NCBI GenBank assembly: GCA_035294855.1
Contig: DATGKD010000259.1
Span: 1 to 59,124 of the forward strand
Source: Acidimicrobiales bacterium
GTDB lineage: Bacteria; Actinomycetota; Acidimicrobiia; Acidimicrobiales; UBA8190
Direction of reading: 5' to 3'
DNA: 59,124 nt
This document shows positions 1 to 9,300 of this stretch, piece after piece (positions within the stretch are counted from its first letter, which is position 1; every line of letters starts with the position of its first letter). The notes under the pieces are model-generated. The model was not told the DNA's origin and made no database searches. It worked only from the letters and a program-made list of their open reading frames with translations. The position numbers were made by a program, and so were the translations under genes.

Positions 1-692
1 CGATATTCCCCGCTGCGTGTATCCATCCGGGCCGAGCCACAAGTGCCGCTACCGATCGGACCGATCGTTACGGTCCTCGCTACCCCACGCACCCGGGACT
101 GACCGACAATGGCGCCAGCTCGCGCTCCCGCCGTCGTGCGGCCTTCACGCCGCCCGGTGACCTCACGAGCACCATTCGGTGCGTCGGCCTAGCCACGGAG
201 CCATACCGGGTCGTTCACCGGCCAATCGGGATCACACTCCGTTTGCGGTCCGTCCCCAGCTATTAGCCGGAGCTAGTAGCTGATGGTACGCAGTATCAAG
301 ATGCAGAACGTCTGACGCGCGAGCGGTGGTCCTGCTCCAGAACCACCGCCTTGCGTCGACGAACCGGTCTCGAAGTTCCCCGGCGGCACGCGAGCCCGCA
401 GACCCGTCGCCAGTACGTCGACGAGCTGACCGACCTCATCGCCTGAACCGGCCGCGATCCGGCCGAGCTCTCCGAAGGTGACCTCTCCGTCTGGTGTGCC
501 CGGCGCTGGGAAGCGCATCGCCAACAACGCCATCCGCAACCGCTTGTCTCGTGCGACGTCTTCATCCGGTGGTGCGTCCGACGGCCTGGCCGAGCCGGCG
601 CTCGTGGAGGTGCTCTGCGACCGAGCCCGCCTCTGACGCCGCTGTCAGGCTGCAAGTACCATTTCGGCGCCGGATTCGGCGGGGGGCTGGAC

Positions 693-3600
693 GTGGCAAA
701 CACCCAGACGGTCACGATCGTCTTCACCGACTTGGTCGGTTCGACTGCACTGCTGTCGCGCCAGGGCGAAGAGCGGGCCGCGGAGCTTCGTCGCGAGCAC
801 TTCGGGGTGCTTCGGGACGCCATCGACCGGACCGGCTGCCGCGAGGTCAAGAACCTCGGCGACGGGCTCATGATCGTGGCCGACAGCGCCGCCCGGGGAG
901 CCGCCTGCGCGGTCAAGATCCAACAAGCCTTCGACACCCGCAACCGACGAGCGGACGAACCACTCCTGGTGCGGGTCGGTGTTTCGCTCGGCGATGTCGA
1001 CGTGGACGAGGGCGACTACTTCGGCGTCCCGGTGGTGGAGGCGGCCCGTTTGTGCGCCCGGGCCGTGGGTGGCGAGGTCCTCGTCGCCGACGTGGTGCGG
1101 CAGCTGTTGGGATCACGGAGTGGTCTCGTCTTCGAGCCGGTCGGTCCGCTCGAGCTGAAGGGCCTCGACCAGCCCCTGGAGACGAGCCGAGTGGCGTGGG
1201 TGCCCGTCGACCCCATGGAGGAGCGGCCCCCGTTCCCGGCCCGCCTGGAGGCGGCGCGGTCAGAGACCTTCGTCGGTCGAAGCGCCGAGTCCGAGCGGTT
1301 GGCGGACACATGGAAAGGGGTCGTGGGTGACGGTCGGCTCCGCGCGACGCTCCTGGCCGGTGAGCCGGGGATCGGCAAGACCACCCTGGCGGCTCGCTTC
1401 GCCTCCGACGCCTACGAGCAGGGCGCCGTCGTTCTCTACGGCCGGTGCGACGAGGATCTCGGCATCCCCTATCAGCCCTGGATCGAAGCCCTCGGCCAGC
1501 TGGTGGAGGGCGTCTCCGAGACGGTGGTCGCCTCCCACGTCGCCGAGCGCGGCCCACATCTGGCCCGGCTCGTGCCCCAGCTCGCCAAGCGCGTTCCGGT
1601 GGACCTTCCCGCCCCGCAAGATCCCGACAGCGAGCGCTTCGTGCTCTTCGGCTGCATCGCCGACCTCCTCGCGCGCGCCTCGGTCGAGCATCCGGTGCTC
1701 GTGGTGCTCGACGACCTGCACTGGGCCGACCGGCCGAGCCTCCAGCTCCTGCGCCACCTGCACACGACCGAGACGCCCATGCGCGTCGGCGTCCTCGGGA
1801 CGTTTCGCGACTCGGATGTGGCGGCGGGGGACCCGCTGTCGGACCTACTGGCGGCGTTGCACCGCGACGGGGGTGCCGAGCGCATCGCCTTGAGCGGGTT
1901 GTCCGACCTCGATCTGCTCGCCCTCCTGGAGAGCGTGGCGGGCCATGACATGGACGAGGAGGGCATCGCCCTCCGCGACGCATTGTTGGGCGAGACGGCC
2001 GGAAACCCGTTCTTCGTCGGCGAGATGGTGCGGCACCTGGTCGAAACCGGGGTCATCCACCAGCGCGACGACGGCCGGTGGGTGGCCGGTTCGGATCTTC
2101 GGGCCGTGGGTCTGCCGGTGAGCGTGCGCGAGGTGGTCGGGAGGCGCCTGGCACGCCTCGGCGCCGACACCGAACGCGTCCTCGCCCTGGCCTCTGTGAT
2201 CGGCCGCGACTTCGACCTTGCCCTCCTCGCCACCGTGGCCCACGCAGACGAGGACTCACTCATCGACCTCTGCGACGCAGCCGTCGCCAACCGGGTGCTC
2301 CAGACCACCGACCGCACCGATCACTACACGTTCGCCCACGCGCTGATCGAGCACACCCTCTACGACGGTCTCTCCCCGGCGCGCCGCGCCCGCGCCCACA
2401 GCGCAGTCGGCGAGGCCCTCGAGAACCAGATCGGCGCCGATTCCGCCGACCGCACGGGCGAACTCGCCTACCACTGGGCAGCAGCGGTCCAACCCGCCAA
2501 CTCGACCAAGGCCGTCCGCTACGCCCAGCTGGCTGGCGGCCGGGCCCTGGACCAACTCGCCCCCGACGAAGCCGTCCGCTGGTATGCCCAAGCACTCGAC
2601 CTTCTCGACGGTGCCTCGCCAGCCGGCGACCGGCAACGGGCCGAACTCCTCGTCGGCCTGGGCGAGGCGCAGCGCCAGTGCGGCATCTCTGAACACCGCG
2701 AGACCCTCCTCGAGGCGGCTCGCCTGGCTGACAGCGTCGACGACGTCGACCTGTTGGTGCGGGCAGTGCTCAACAACAACCGGGGCTTTTCCAGCCTCAT
2801 CGGGGGCGTCGATCACGAGCGGATCGCCGCCATCGAGCGAGCGCTTGCACGGGTTGGCGAAGCTCCCACCGCAGAGCGGGCGCGTCTGCTGGCCCTCGCC
2901 ACCGCGGAGCGTCTGGTCCTGGACGATCTCGCCGAGCGAGTGGCGCTGGCCGAAAAGGCCGTGGCCGTCGCCCGCGACGTCGGTGATCCGGCGACGTTCG
3001 CCTTCACCGTGCAGCGGACGCTCCTTTCGATCCACCATCCGTCCACCCTCGCACTGCGGGTTGCATGGATCGACGAGATGCTCGCCATCGCCCACGAGGT
3101 CCTGGAACTGTCGGTGCTGTATTACCGGCACAATTACGCATGGATCACAGCTCTGGAACGGGGCGACGGCGCCGCCCTCGACGCCCACCTGGGTCGCGGC
3201 GCTGAGATCGCGGCACGGGTCCCCCACTCCACTCTCCGATGGACCCTGACATTCAATCAGGCGTGGGTCACGGGACTGCGCGGTGACCTCGCCGAGTTCG
3301 AGCGCTTGGCCGAAGCGGCCTTGTCGTTTGCGACGGAGAAGGGTGAACCCGACGCCTTCTCGATCTACGCGGCGCAGCTCGCCAACGTGCGCACGCATCA
3401 GGGCCGACTGCACGAATTGGTTCCTCTCATCGAGCAGTCCCTCGCCGAAACTCCGACACTCGGCGTTTATCGCGCCGTCCTCGCAAACGCCAAGGCGCGC
3501 GCTGGAATGGTGGAGGAGGCGAGGCAGATGCTCGACGAGGACCGAGCCGACGGCTTTCAGGTAGCGAAGGACTATGCGTGGAGTGCCGCCATGGTGTCCT

Positions 3601-3992
3601 GGGTCGAGGCGGCTTCGATCGTCGGCTCCGTTGACGCGGCCCCGCATCTGCGAGCCCAGATCCACCCCTATCACGACCAGGTCACCTGCTTCGAGGCCGG
3701 TTTCCATACGGCCCTGTGTCACTGCCTTGGACTACTCGACCATCTCGAGCGCCGGTATGACGACGCCGAACGGTGGTTCATCGAAGCTCTGGAGATCCAC
3801 CAGCGCGTGCGCTCGCCGATCCTCGTCGCCCAGACCCAAGCTGCATGGGCGGCGATGCTCGCCGACCGCGATCGAGGGGACGACCATTCGCGCGCCCGCA
3901 CGATGGCCCAAGCCGCGCTCGACGCCGCCGTCTCCGGCGGATACGGATACGTCGAAAAGGACACCCGCCTCGTCTTGGAACGTCTCGCATGA
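693..3992 (+). CDS. Multidomain signalling protein: class III adenylate/guanylate cyclase domain, P-loop STAND/AAA_16-type NTPase, then a TPR-like helical repeat region
   Basis: 1099-aa ORF with a GTG start. N-terminus 'VTIVFTDLVGST...VKNLGDGLMIV' matches the class III cyclase fold. Walker A 'GEPGIGKTT' and Walker B-like 'VLVVLDDLHWAD' follow. About 600 aa of helical repeats make up the C-terminus, with no HTH recognised at the end. Confidence 0.8.
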   Translation: MANTQTVTIVFTDLVGSTALLSRQGEERAAELRREHFGVLRDAIDRTGCREVKNLGDGLMIVADSAARGAACAVKIQQAFDTRNRRADEPLLVRVGVSLGDVDVDEGDYFGVPVVEAARLCARAVGGEVLVADVVRQLLGSRSGLVFEPVGPLELKGLDQPLETSRVAWVPVDPMEERPPFPARLEAARSETFVGRSAESERLADTWKGVVGDGRLRATLLAGEPGIGKTTLAARFASDAYEQGAVVLYGRCDEDLGIPYQPWIEALGQLVEGVSETVVASHVAERGPHLARLVPQLAKRVPVDLPAPQDPDSERFVLFGCIADLLARASVEHPVLVVLDDLHWADRPSLQLLRHLHTTETPMRVGVLGTFRDSDVAAGDPLSDLLAALHRDGGAERIALSGLSDLDLLALLESVAGHDMDEEGIALRDALLGETAGNPFFVGEMVRHLVETGVIHQRDDGRWVAGSDLRAVGLPVSVREVVGRRLARLGADTERVLALASVIGRDFDLALLATVAHADEDSLIDLCDAAVANRVLQTTDRTDHYTFAHALIEHTLYDGLSPARRARAHSAVGEALENQIGADSADRTGELAYHWAAAVQPANSTKAVRYAQLAGGRALDQLAPDEAVRWYAQALDLLDGASPAGDRQRAELLVGLGEAQRQCGISEHRETLLEAARLADSVDDVDLLVRAVLNNNRGFSSLIGGVDHERIAAIERALARVGEAPTAERARLLALATAERLVLDDLAERVALAEKAVAVARDVGDPATFAFTVQRTLLSIHHPSTLALRVAWIDEMLAIAHEVLELSVLYYRHNYAWITALERGDGAALDAHLGRGAEIAARVPHSTLRWTLTFNQAWVTGLRGDLAEFERLAEAALSFATEKGEPDAFSIYAAQLANVRTHQGRLHELVPLIEQSLAETPTLGVYRAVLANAKARAGMVEEARQMLDEDRADGFQVAKDYAWSAAMVSWVEAASIVGSVDAAPHLRAQIHPYHDQVTCFEAGFHTALCHCLGLLDHLERRYDDAERWFIEALEIHQRVRSPILVAQTQAAWAAMLADRDRGDDHSRARTMAQAALDAAVSGGYGYVEKDTRLVLERLA

Positions 3993-4004
3993 CCTGACCT
4001 GTCA

Positions 4005-4028
4005 ACCCGGTATCAGCCGATACCGGGT
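4005..4028. terminator. Perfect 10-bp stem / 4-nt loop hairpin between convergent genes (putative bidirectional intrinsic terminator)
   Basis: ACCCGGTATC-AGCC-GATACCGGGT lies 13 nt after the cyclase-STAND stop and is followed by a T-containing stretch (..GATGTTTGT..). Confidence 0.5.
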
Positions 4029-4216
4029 CGATCAGATGTTTGTCCGGGCCAGAAGTGCGGTCGCGGCGACGACGGGGATGTGCTCGGCGCTCGGGGTGTG
4101 GCCGGCTTCGAAGGGCGCCCGGCCGCAACGACACTCAGGAGCGCGGCGCCGCACAAGCATTCGAGGCGCCCACTGCCACGCGAGATTCGACGGCACTGCC
4201 GTCCCTGGCATCGTCC

Positions 4217-4888
4217 CTAGAGGGTTATCGGCAGCGCCGACGACAAGAGGTCGCGTGGTCCGAGCCCCAGGGCCCGAAGCCGCGTGCTGAATCCCCGAAC
4301 GAGTTGATCGAGCAATGCCCGCGTGCTCCCGACGCGCAGGAACGCCCCGAAGCGGACCAGCGACGGCCCTCCGGCCAGTCCACTGAGGCCCATGTGGGCG
4401 AGCATCCGCCATGCAGCACCGGCGACCTGCGCGCGGCGAGCGGGGTCCTCCGACAACAGACGCTTGAGGTCGGCGGTCGCTCGCTCCTCGTGCCCGACTT
4501 CGTCGGCCAAGACGGTGTCGACGAACGCCGAGGTCTCGGGATCGGCGACCCGCTTCAGCCAACGCAACAGGTCGTCGGCCACTCCCTCACCGAGATACGA
4601 CCACACCGCCTCCTCGAGGTCGTTCCTCGGTGTGGCGGCGTGATAGCGGTCCAGAGCCCTTCGGTACGGGCGCATCGCTCTCTCCGGATCGGCGCCGAGC
4701 GCCTCCAGCCGGCGGACGAACCCCTTGTGGTGGCGAAGCTCCTCGGCCGCCGTCTTGCGCCACACCCGCCGCTCTTGGTCGGTCCCCGCCAGCGTCGCTT
4801 TGGCCGAGGCTTCTTCGTACGCCTTCTTCTCGCCGTAGGCCACGGCTCCCAGGACCTGGAACATCGGGGCACGAGCGACCACGGTCAT
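4217..4888 (-). CDS. Ferritin-like diiron-carboxylate family protein (function unknown)
   Basis: Only the last 223 codons of the 684-aa track ORF look protein-like. The ATG at 4888 is preceded by GGGAGGTG. Two ExxH motifs are present ('AEELRHH', 'ADEVGHE'). The upstream part of the long ORF is Arg/Gly/Pro-rich and antisense to real + strand genes. Confidence 0.7.
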   Translation of the reverse strand: MTVVARAPMFQVLGAVAYGEKKAYEEASAKATLAGTDQERRVWRKTAAEELRHHKGFVRRLEALGADPERAMRPYRRALDRYHAATPRNDLEEAVWSYLGEGVADDLLRWLKRVADPETSAFVDTVLADEVGHEERATADLKRLLSEDPARRAQVAGAAWRMLAHMGLSGLAGGPSLVRFGAFLRVGSTRALLDQLVRGFSTRLRALGLGPRDLLSSALPITL

Positions 4889-4903
4889 GGGCACCTCCCG
4901 TAG

Positions 4904-4930
4904 TGGTACAGTGGCTGAGCCACCGTACCA
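4904..4930. promoter_or_regulatory. 27-bp near-perfect palindrome in a divergent intergenic region; candidate GntR/FadR-type operator
   Basis: TGGTACAGTGGCT-g-AGCCACCGTACCA pairs at 12 of 13 arm positions and contains TGGTAC/GTACCA half-sites. It lies 5 nt upstream of the ferritin-like gene SD and 27 nt upstream of the gntR ATG. Confidence 0.4.
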
Positions 4931-4957
4931 CCTTGGCCCGAGGCTGTCGATACTCCG

Positions 4958-5674
4958 ATGTCCGTCCCGCTGACACGCGAATCCCTCGTCGACCAGATCG
5001 CCCGACGCGTCACCGAGGACATCCTCACCGGCCGTTACCCGCCCGGATCGCTCCTTCCTCCCGAACGCGACCTGGCGGCGGAATACGGAGTCACCCGGAC
5101 CTCGCTCAAACACACGCTCGTTCGGCTCGAACAGGCGGGGCTGATCTCGACGCGCCACGGCGTCGGCTCCACCGTGCGCGACTTTCAAGCGACCGGTGGC
5201 GCGGGCCTGTTGCCGATGTTGCTCGAAGCAGGCTCCGAGGGTTGGCTCGACGACGTCTTCGAGGCCAGGCGCCTGGTGGGTGCGTTGATCGCGCGGGAGG
5301 CGGCGACATCGATGGACGAGGCGACCGAGACGATGCTCGCCACCTCGGCGGCGGCGTTGTCGGCGGCCACGACCGCGGCCGAGGTTCAACTCGCGGAGGC
5401 GGACGTGCACCGGCTCCTGGCCCGCGCCACCGGGAACCGCGTGTTCGTCCTCTTGACCAACACGTTGATCGACAGCTACCTGGCGCTGGCGCCCCTGCTC
5501 GAGCCCGCATTCACCGACATCGGGCCGGTGACGGGCCTGCTCGCACGAGTGGTCGATGCGGTGCGCGGCCGCGACCCGGACGCCGCGGCCGCGGCATCCG
5601 ACCGCTACCTGTCCGAAACCGGTGCCGCCATGGGGCGGCTGCTCCACCGCACCCAGACCGCAGGAAGGGATTGA
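4958..5674 (+). CDS. GntR family (FadR-subfamily-like) transcriptional regulator
   Basis: N-terminal winged HTH 'LPPERDLAAEYGVTRTSLKHTLVRLEQAGLISTRHGVGSTV' followed by an all-helical C-terminal domain. Confidence 0.85.
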   Translation: MSVPLTRESLVDQIARRVTEDILTGRYPPGSLLPPERDLAAEYGVTRTSLKHTLVRLEQAGLISTRHGVGSTVRDFQATGGAGLLPMLLEAGSEGWLDDVFEARRLVGALIAREAATSMDEATETMLATSAAALSAATTAAEVQLAEADVHRLLARATGNRVFVLLTNTLIDSYLALAPLLEPAFTDIGPVTGLLARVVDAVRGRDPDAAAAASDRYLSETGAAMGRLLHRTQTAGRD

Positions 5675-5677
5675 TCC

Positions 5678-6352
5678 GTGGGCGACACCGAAGGCAACGA
5701 GACCACCGTCAGGAACGAGGCATGGGACTTGCGCCGCGCGGCAGGGGTGTTCCTCGGCCACGCCTCGCCCCGAGTGATCGTCGTGGCGCTGGGGGCAACC
5801 GCGGTCGCCCGGTTGGTCGTGGCCCGCTGGAGCTGGTGGGACCTCCTCGCCCCCGGAGCGATCCTCGCGGCGCAGCCGTTCACGGAATGGCTCATCCACG
5901 TCTTCTTGCTGCACTTCAAGCCGAGGAGGGTCGCGGGGATGAAGGTCGACCCGCTCGTGGCGCGCAAGCATCGCGCCCACCACCTCGATCCGAAGGACCA
6001 GCTCCTCGTGTTCATCCCGCTGCCCGCGCTGGCCGGCCTGATCCTCGGGTCGGCGCTCATCTGGCTGGTGACCTCGTCGGCACCGATCGCGCTCTCTGCC
6101 ATGACGGCGATCTACCTGATCCTGCTGGTCTACGAATGGACGCACTTCCTCATCCACTCCACCTACCGGCCGCGCCACGCGCTGTATCGCTACGTGTGGC
6201 GCGCCCACCGCAATCACCACTACCGCAACGAGCGCTACTGGTTCGGTGTCACCGTCCACCTGGCGGACCACCTGCTCGGGACCTTTCCCAATCGGGCCGA
6301 CGTCGAGGTCTCCCCGACCGCCCGGACCCTCGGAGTGGGCCAGGCCGCCTGA
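5678..6352 (+). CDS. Fatty acid hydroxylase / sterol desaturase superfamily membrane protein
   Basis: Histidine boxes 'HVFLLH', 'HRAHH', 'HFLIH' and 'HRNHH' sit between hydrophobic segments. The GTG start is 3 nt after the gntR stop. Confidence 0.8.
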   Translation: MGDTEGNETTVRNEAWDLRRAAGVFLGHASPRVIVVALGATAVARLVVARWSWWDLLAPGAILAAQPFTEWLIHVFLLHFKPRRVAGMKVDPLVARKHRAHHLDPKDQLLVFIPLPALAGLILGSALIWLVTSSAPIALSAMTAIYLILLVYEWTHFLIHSTYRPRHALYRYVWRAHRNHHYRNERYWFGVTVHLADHLLGTFPNRADVEVSPTARTLGVGQAA

Positions 6353-6362
6353 GCGCCGTTCA

Positions 6363-9300
6363 TCATCCTGATCGGGCGATGGCCGCCTGCTCCGTGCCGA
6401 GGTAGGCGGCGACGACGCCTTCGTCGTCGAACACCTCGCCCGGTGTCCCTTCGGCGATCACTTCGCCGAGGTGCATGCAGATCAGGCGCTCGGCCAACGA
6501 GGACAACAGCGGCATGTCGTGTTCGATCACGACCAGGGTGGCTCCTGTCCGGTCTCTCAGGTCGAAGAGGAGGTGCCTGAGTGCCTCGGACTCGCGCTGG
6601 GCGATGCCCGACGACGGCTCGTCGAGCAGCAGGACACTCGGGCCGTGCGCCAAGGCCGCGGCCAATTCGACGATCCTTCTCGTCCCGGTCGACAGCTCGG
6701 ACACGAACGAGTCGCGATAAGCGTCGAGCCCGACCATCGACAGCAACTCCTCGACGCGCCCGGCCGCCTCCTCCTGGGCGTCGAACGCCGCGCCCAGGCC
6801 CAACGTGTTCGCGAGCGGGTCGCGCACGCCGACGTGACGATCGACGGCGACGGCCAGCGTCTCTGCGACGGTCATCGACGGGAACAGGCGCGCGTCCTGG
6901 AACAGGCGCCCCATTCCTCTTCGGGCCCGCACGGCCGCCGACAGGGCCGTCACGTCGACGCCGTCGAGGAGGATGCTGCCCGTGTCGGGGCTCAGGTATC
7001 CCGAGCAGATGTCGAACAACGTGGTCTTGCCGGCCCCGTTGGCGCCGATGATCCCGAGGATCTCGCCGGCCCGTCCACTCAGATTGACGTCGTTCAAGGC
7101 CGCCACGCCGCCGAAGTGTCGGCTGACGCCCCGGACCTCCAGAGCTCGCCGCGAGCCGTTCGTCTCGGGAGCCGAGCCATCGGTCGCCGGACCACGCCGG
7201 AACTTCGAAACCTCGGGCAGGAACACCGATCGAGCGAGCCCCGGCCGGTCGGCGAGGTCGGCTGTCGACCCGCAGAAGCGGACCTGGCCGCGTTCGAGGA
7301 ACACGGCGCGCGCCGCGAGCGCGGCGGCGACGTTCAACGACTGTTCGACCAGGACCACGGTCGTGCCGGACCGGGCGAGCTGCCGCACGACCTCGAGCAG
7401 TTCCGCCACCACGCTCGGAGCGAGCCCCAAGGAGAGCTCGTCGATCAGCAGAACCTTGGGCCGGCACAAAAGCGCCTGCGCCAGCGTGAGCATCTGCTGT
7501 TCGCCTCCGGACAGCTCGGCGGCGCGCGTGTGCAGACGCCGGCTCAAGGGCGCGAAGAGCTCCAGAACTTCCGAGGTCTGGCGGCGGAGCGACTCGGGAT
7601 CGTGCCGTTGCAGCCAGCCGCCGAGCCGAAGGTTCTCCATGACCGTGAGCGAAGGGAAGACGCCCCGGCCCCCGGGGACCATAACCAGCCCGGCCCGCAC
7701 CCGGGAGACGGTGTCCTCGCGGCTGATGTCCCGGCCGTCGTAGAGCAGCTGGCCCGCCACCGGCGGCATCAGCCCGGCCATGACCCGCAGCACCGTCGAC
7801 TTGCCGGCACCGTTCGTGCCGAGAAGAGCGAGGATCTCCCCTTGGTCGACCGAGAGGTCGACACCGAACAGCACCTGGAGGCTGCCGTAGGAGGCGTCGA
7901 GATGGTCGCAGGTGACCAGAGGGTGCCTCCCCGACGTGTGCACCGGGACACGCTCGACGGGATCTGTTGCCGGCACGTGGACGGATTCGCCCGACGCGGA
8001 CGCGCGCACCGTGAACGACGGCACCGAGATGCGCCTCACCCGTGCCAGCGCGACCAGCAATCGGTCGCGCAAGCGGAACACGACCTCGCCGAGGCCTCCG
8101 GGGACGATCATCAACAGCAGGAGCAGGCCGGCCCCGGTGGCGAGGAGCTGGGCGGCCCCGTTCTTCAGGAAGTACTGGGCACACTCCACGTACAGGGCTC
8201 CGAGCAGGGCCCCGGGGAGCGACCCCAGCCCACCGACCACGACCATGGTGAAGACGACGATGCTGAGCCCGGGGTTGTACCCGCTGAACCCGATGCCCCG
8301 CTGTCCCACCACGTAGAGGCCTCCGGCCACGCCCGCCAGGGCTCCCGACAGACAGAAGGCGGTCAGCTTGGCGGCGTAGGGGCGAACACCGAAGGCGGCG
8401 GCGCCGCGTTCGTTGTCCCGCACGGCGACCGAGACCCGGCCGGCGCGCAACCTACGGAAGTTCCGGGCGACGAGGTATCCGGCCACGAGCAGCACGAGAC
8501 AGAGCTCGTAGAACGCGGTCCAGTTCCCAAGGGAGATCCGTCCGAAGAGGACGGGCGCTGGCACATTCGACGGGTTGATCAGCGGGAAGTACGTCGGGTC
8601 GAGCACGTACGTGGACACGGGAACCGCGAAGGCCATCGTGGCGACGGCGAGCATGAGGCCGGGCATGCGCAATGCCGGGATCCCCACGATCACCGCGGTC
8701 ACCCCTCCGACCGCGGCGGACGCCACGAGTGCGAGGAGCAGGTCGGCATGGGCGTGCACCAGCAGGGCGCCGGTGGTCGCCGAGCCCGCGCCCACGAAGG
8801 CGAACTGCCCGAGGCTCACCTGTCCGGCCCAACCGGTGAGCACCACCAACGACACCGCGATCAACCCGTAGATCGCCGTGTACGACAACAGCGTCACGTC
8901 CGACGTCGAAAGCCCAAACGGGATCCCCGCGGCGAAGCCGAGCACGACGAGCACAGCGAGCGCACGTCCGAGGCGCACCTCAGGCAAGCGGGCGAGCACC
9001 GAGGGGATCGCCCGCACCTGGCGCACGGCGACGTAGCCGCCGAGTCCCGAGTCGTCGCCTCGTGCCGAGCGGCGGCGCTGGAGCAACAGCGCGACCCAGA
9101 CGACGGCGAACATGGCCACGTCGACCGTGTGCGACTGGGGATACGACCAGAACACCGCTTGTTGGAACACCCCGATCAGAAGAGACACGAAGAATGCGAC
9201 GGTGAGGCTCTCCATCCGGGCGACGACCGCCGCGGTCAGGGGGGCGAGCAAGAACTCCGGACCGGCATTGACGCCGACCTGCGGTCCGAGGATGGGGGCG

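Noticed and set aside
1-692. Lower-GC left flank with an 88-aa minus-strand ORF (273-539) and small palindromes
   Set aside because: The ORF has only moderate third-position GC (about 73% by my count, against well over 90% by eye in the core genes). It has no recognisable motif and no clear SD. It could be a remnant or a foreign small gene, but I cannot support a call from the sequence alone.
4889-6271. Upstream 460 codons of the 684-aa minus-strand ORF 4217-6271
   Set aside because: It is antisense to the well-supported gntR and fatty-acid-hydroxylase genes and is Arg/Gly/Asp/His-rich. A good SD (GGGAGGTG) precedes the internal ATG at 4888, where the ferritin-like domain starts.
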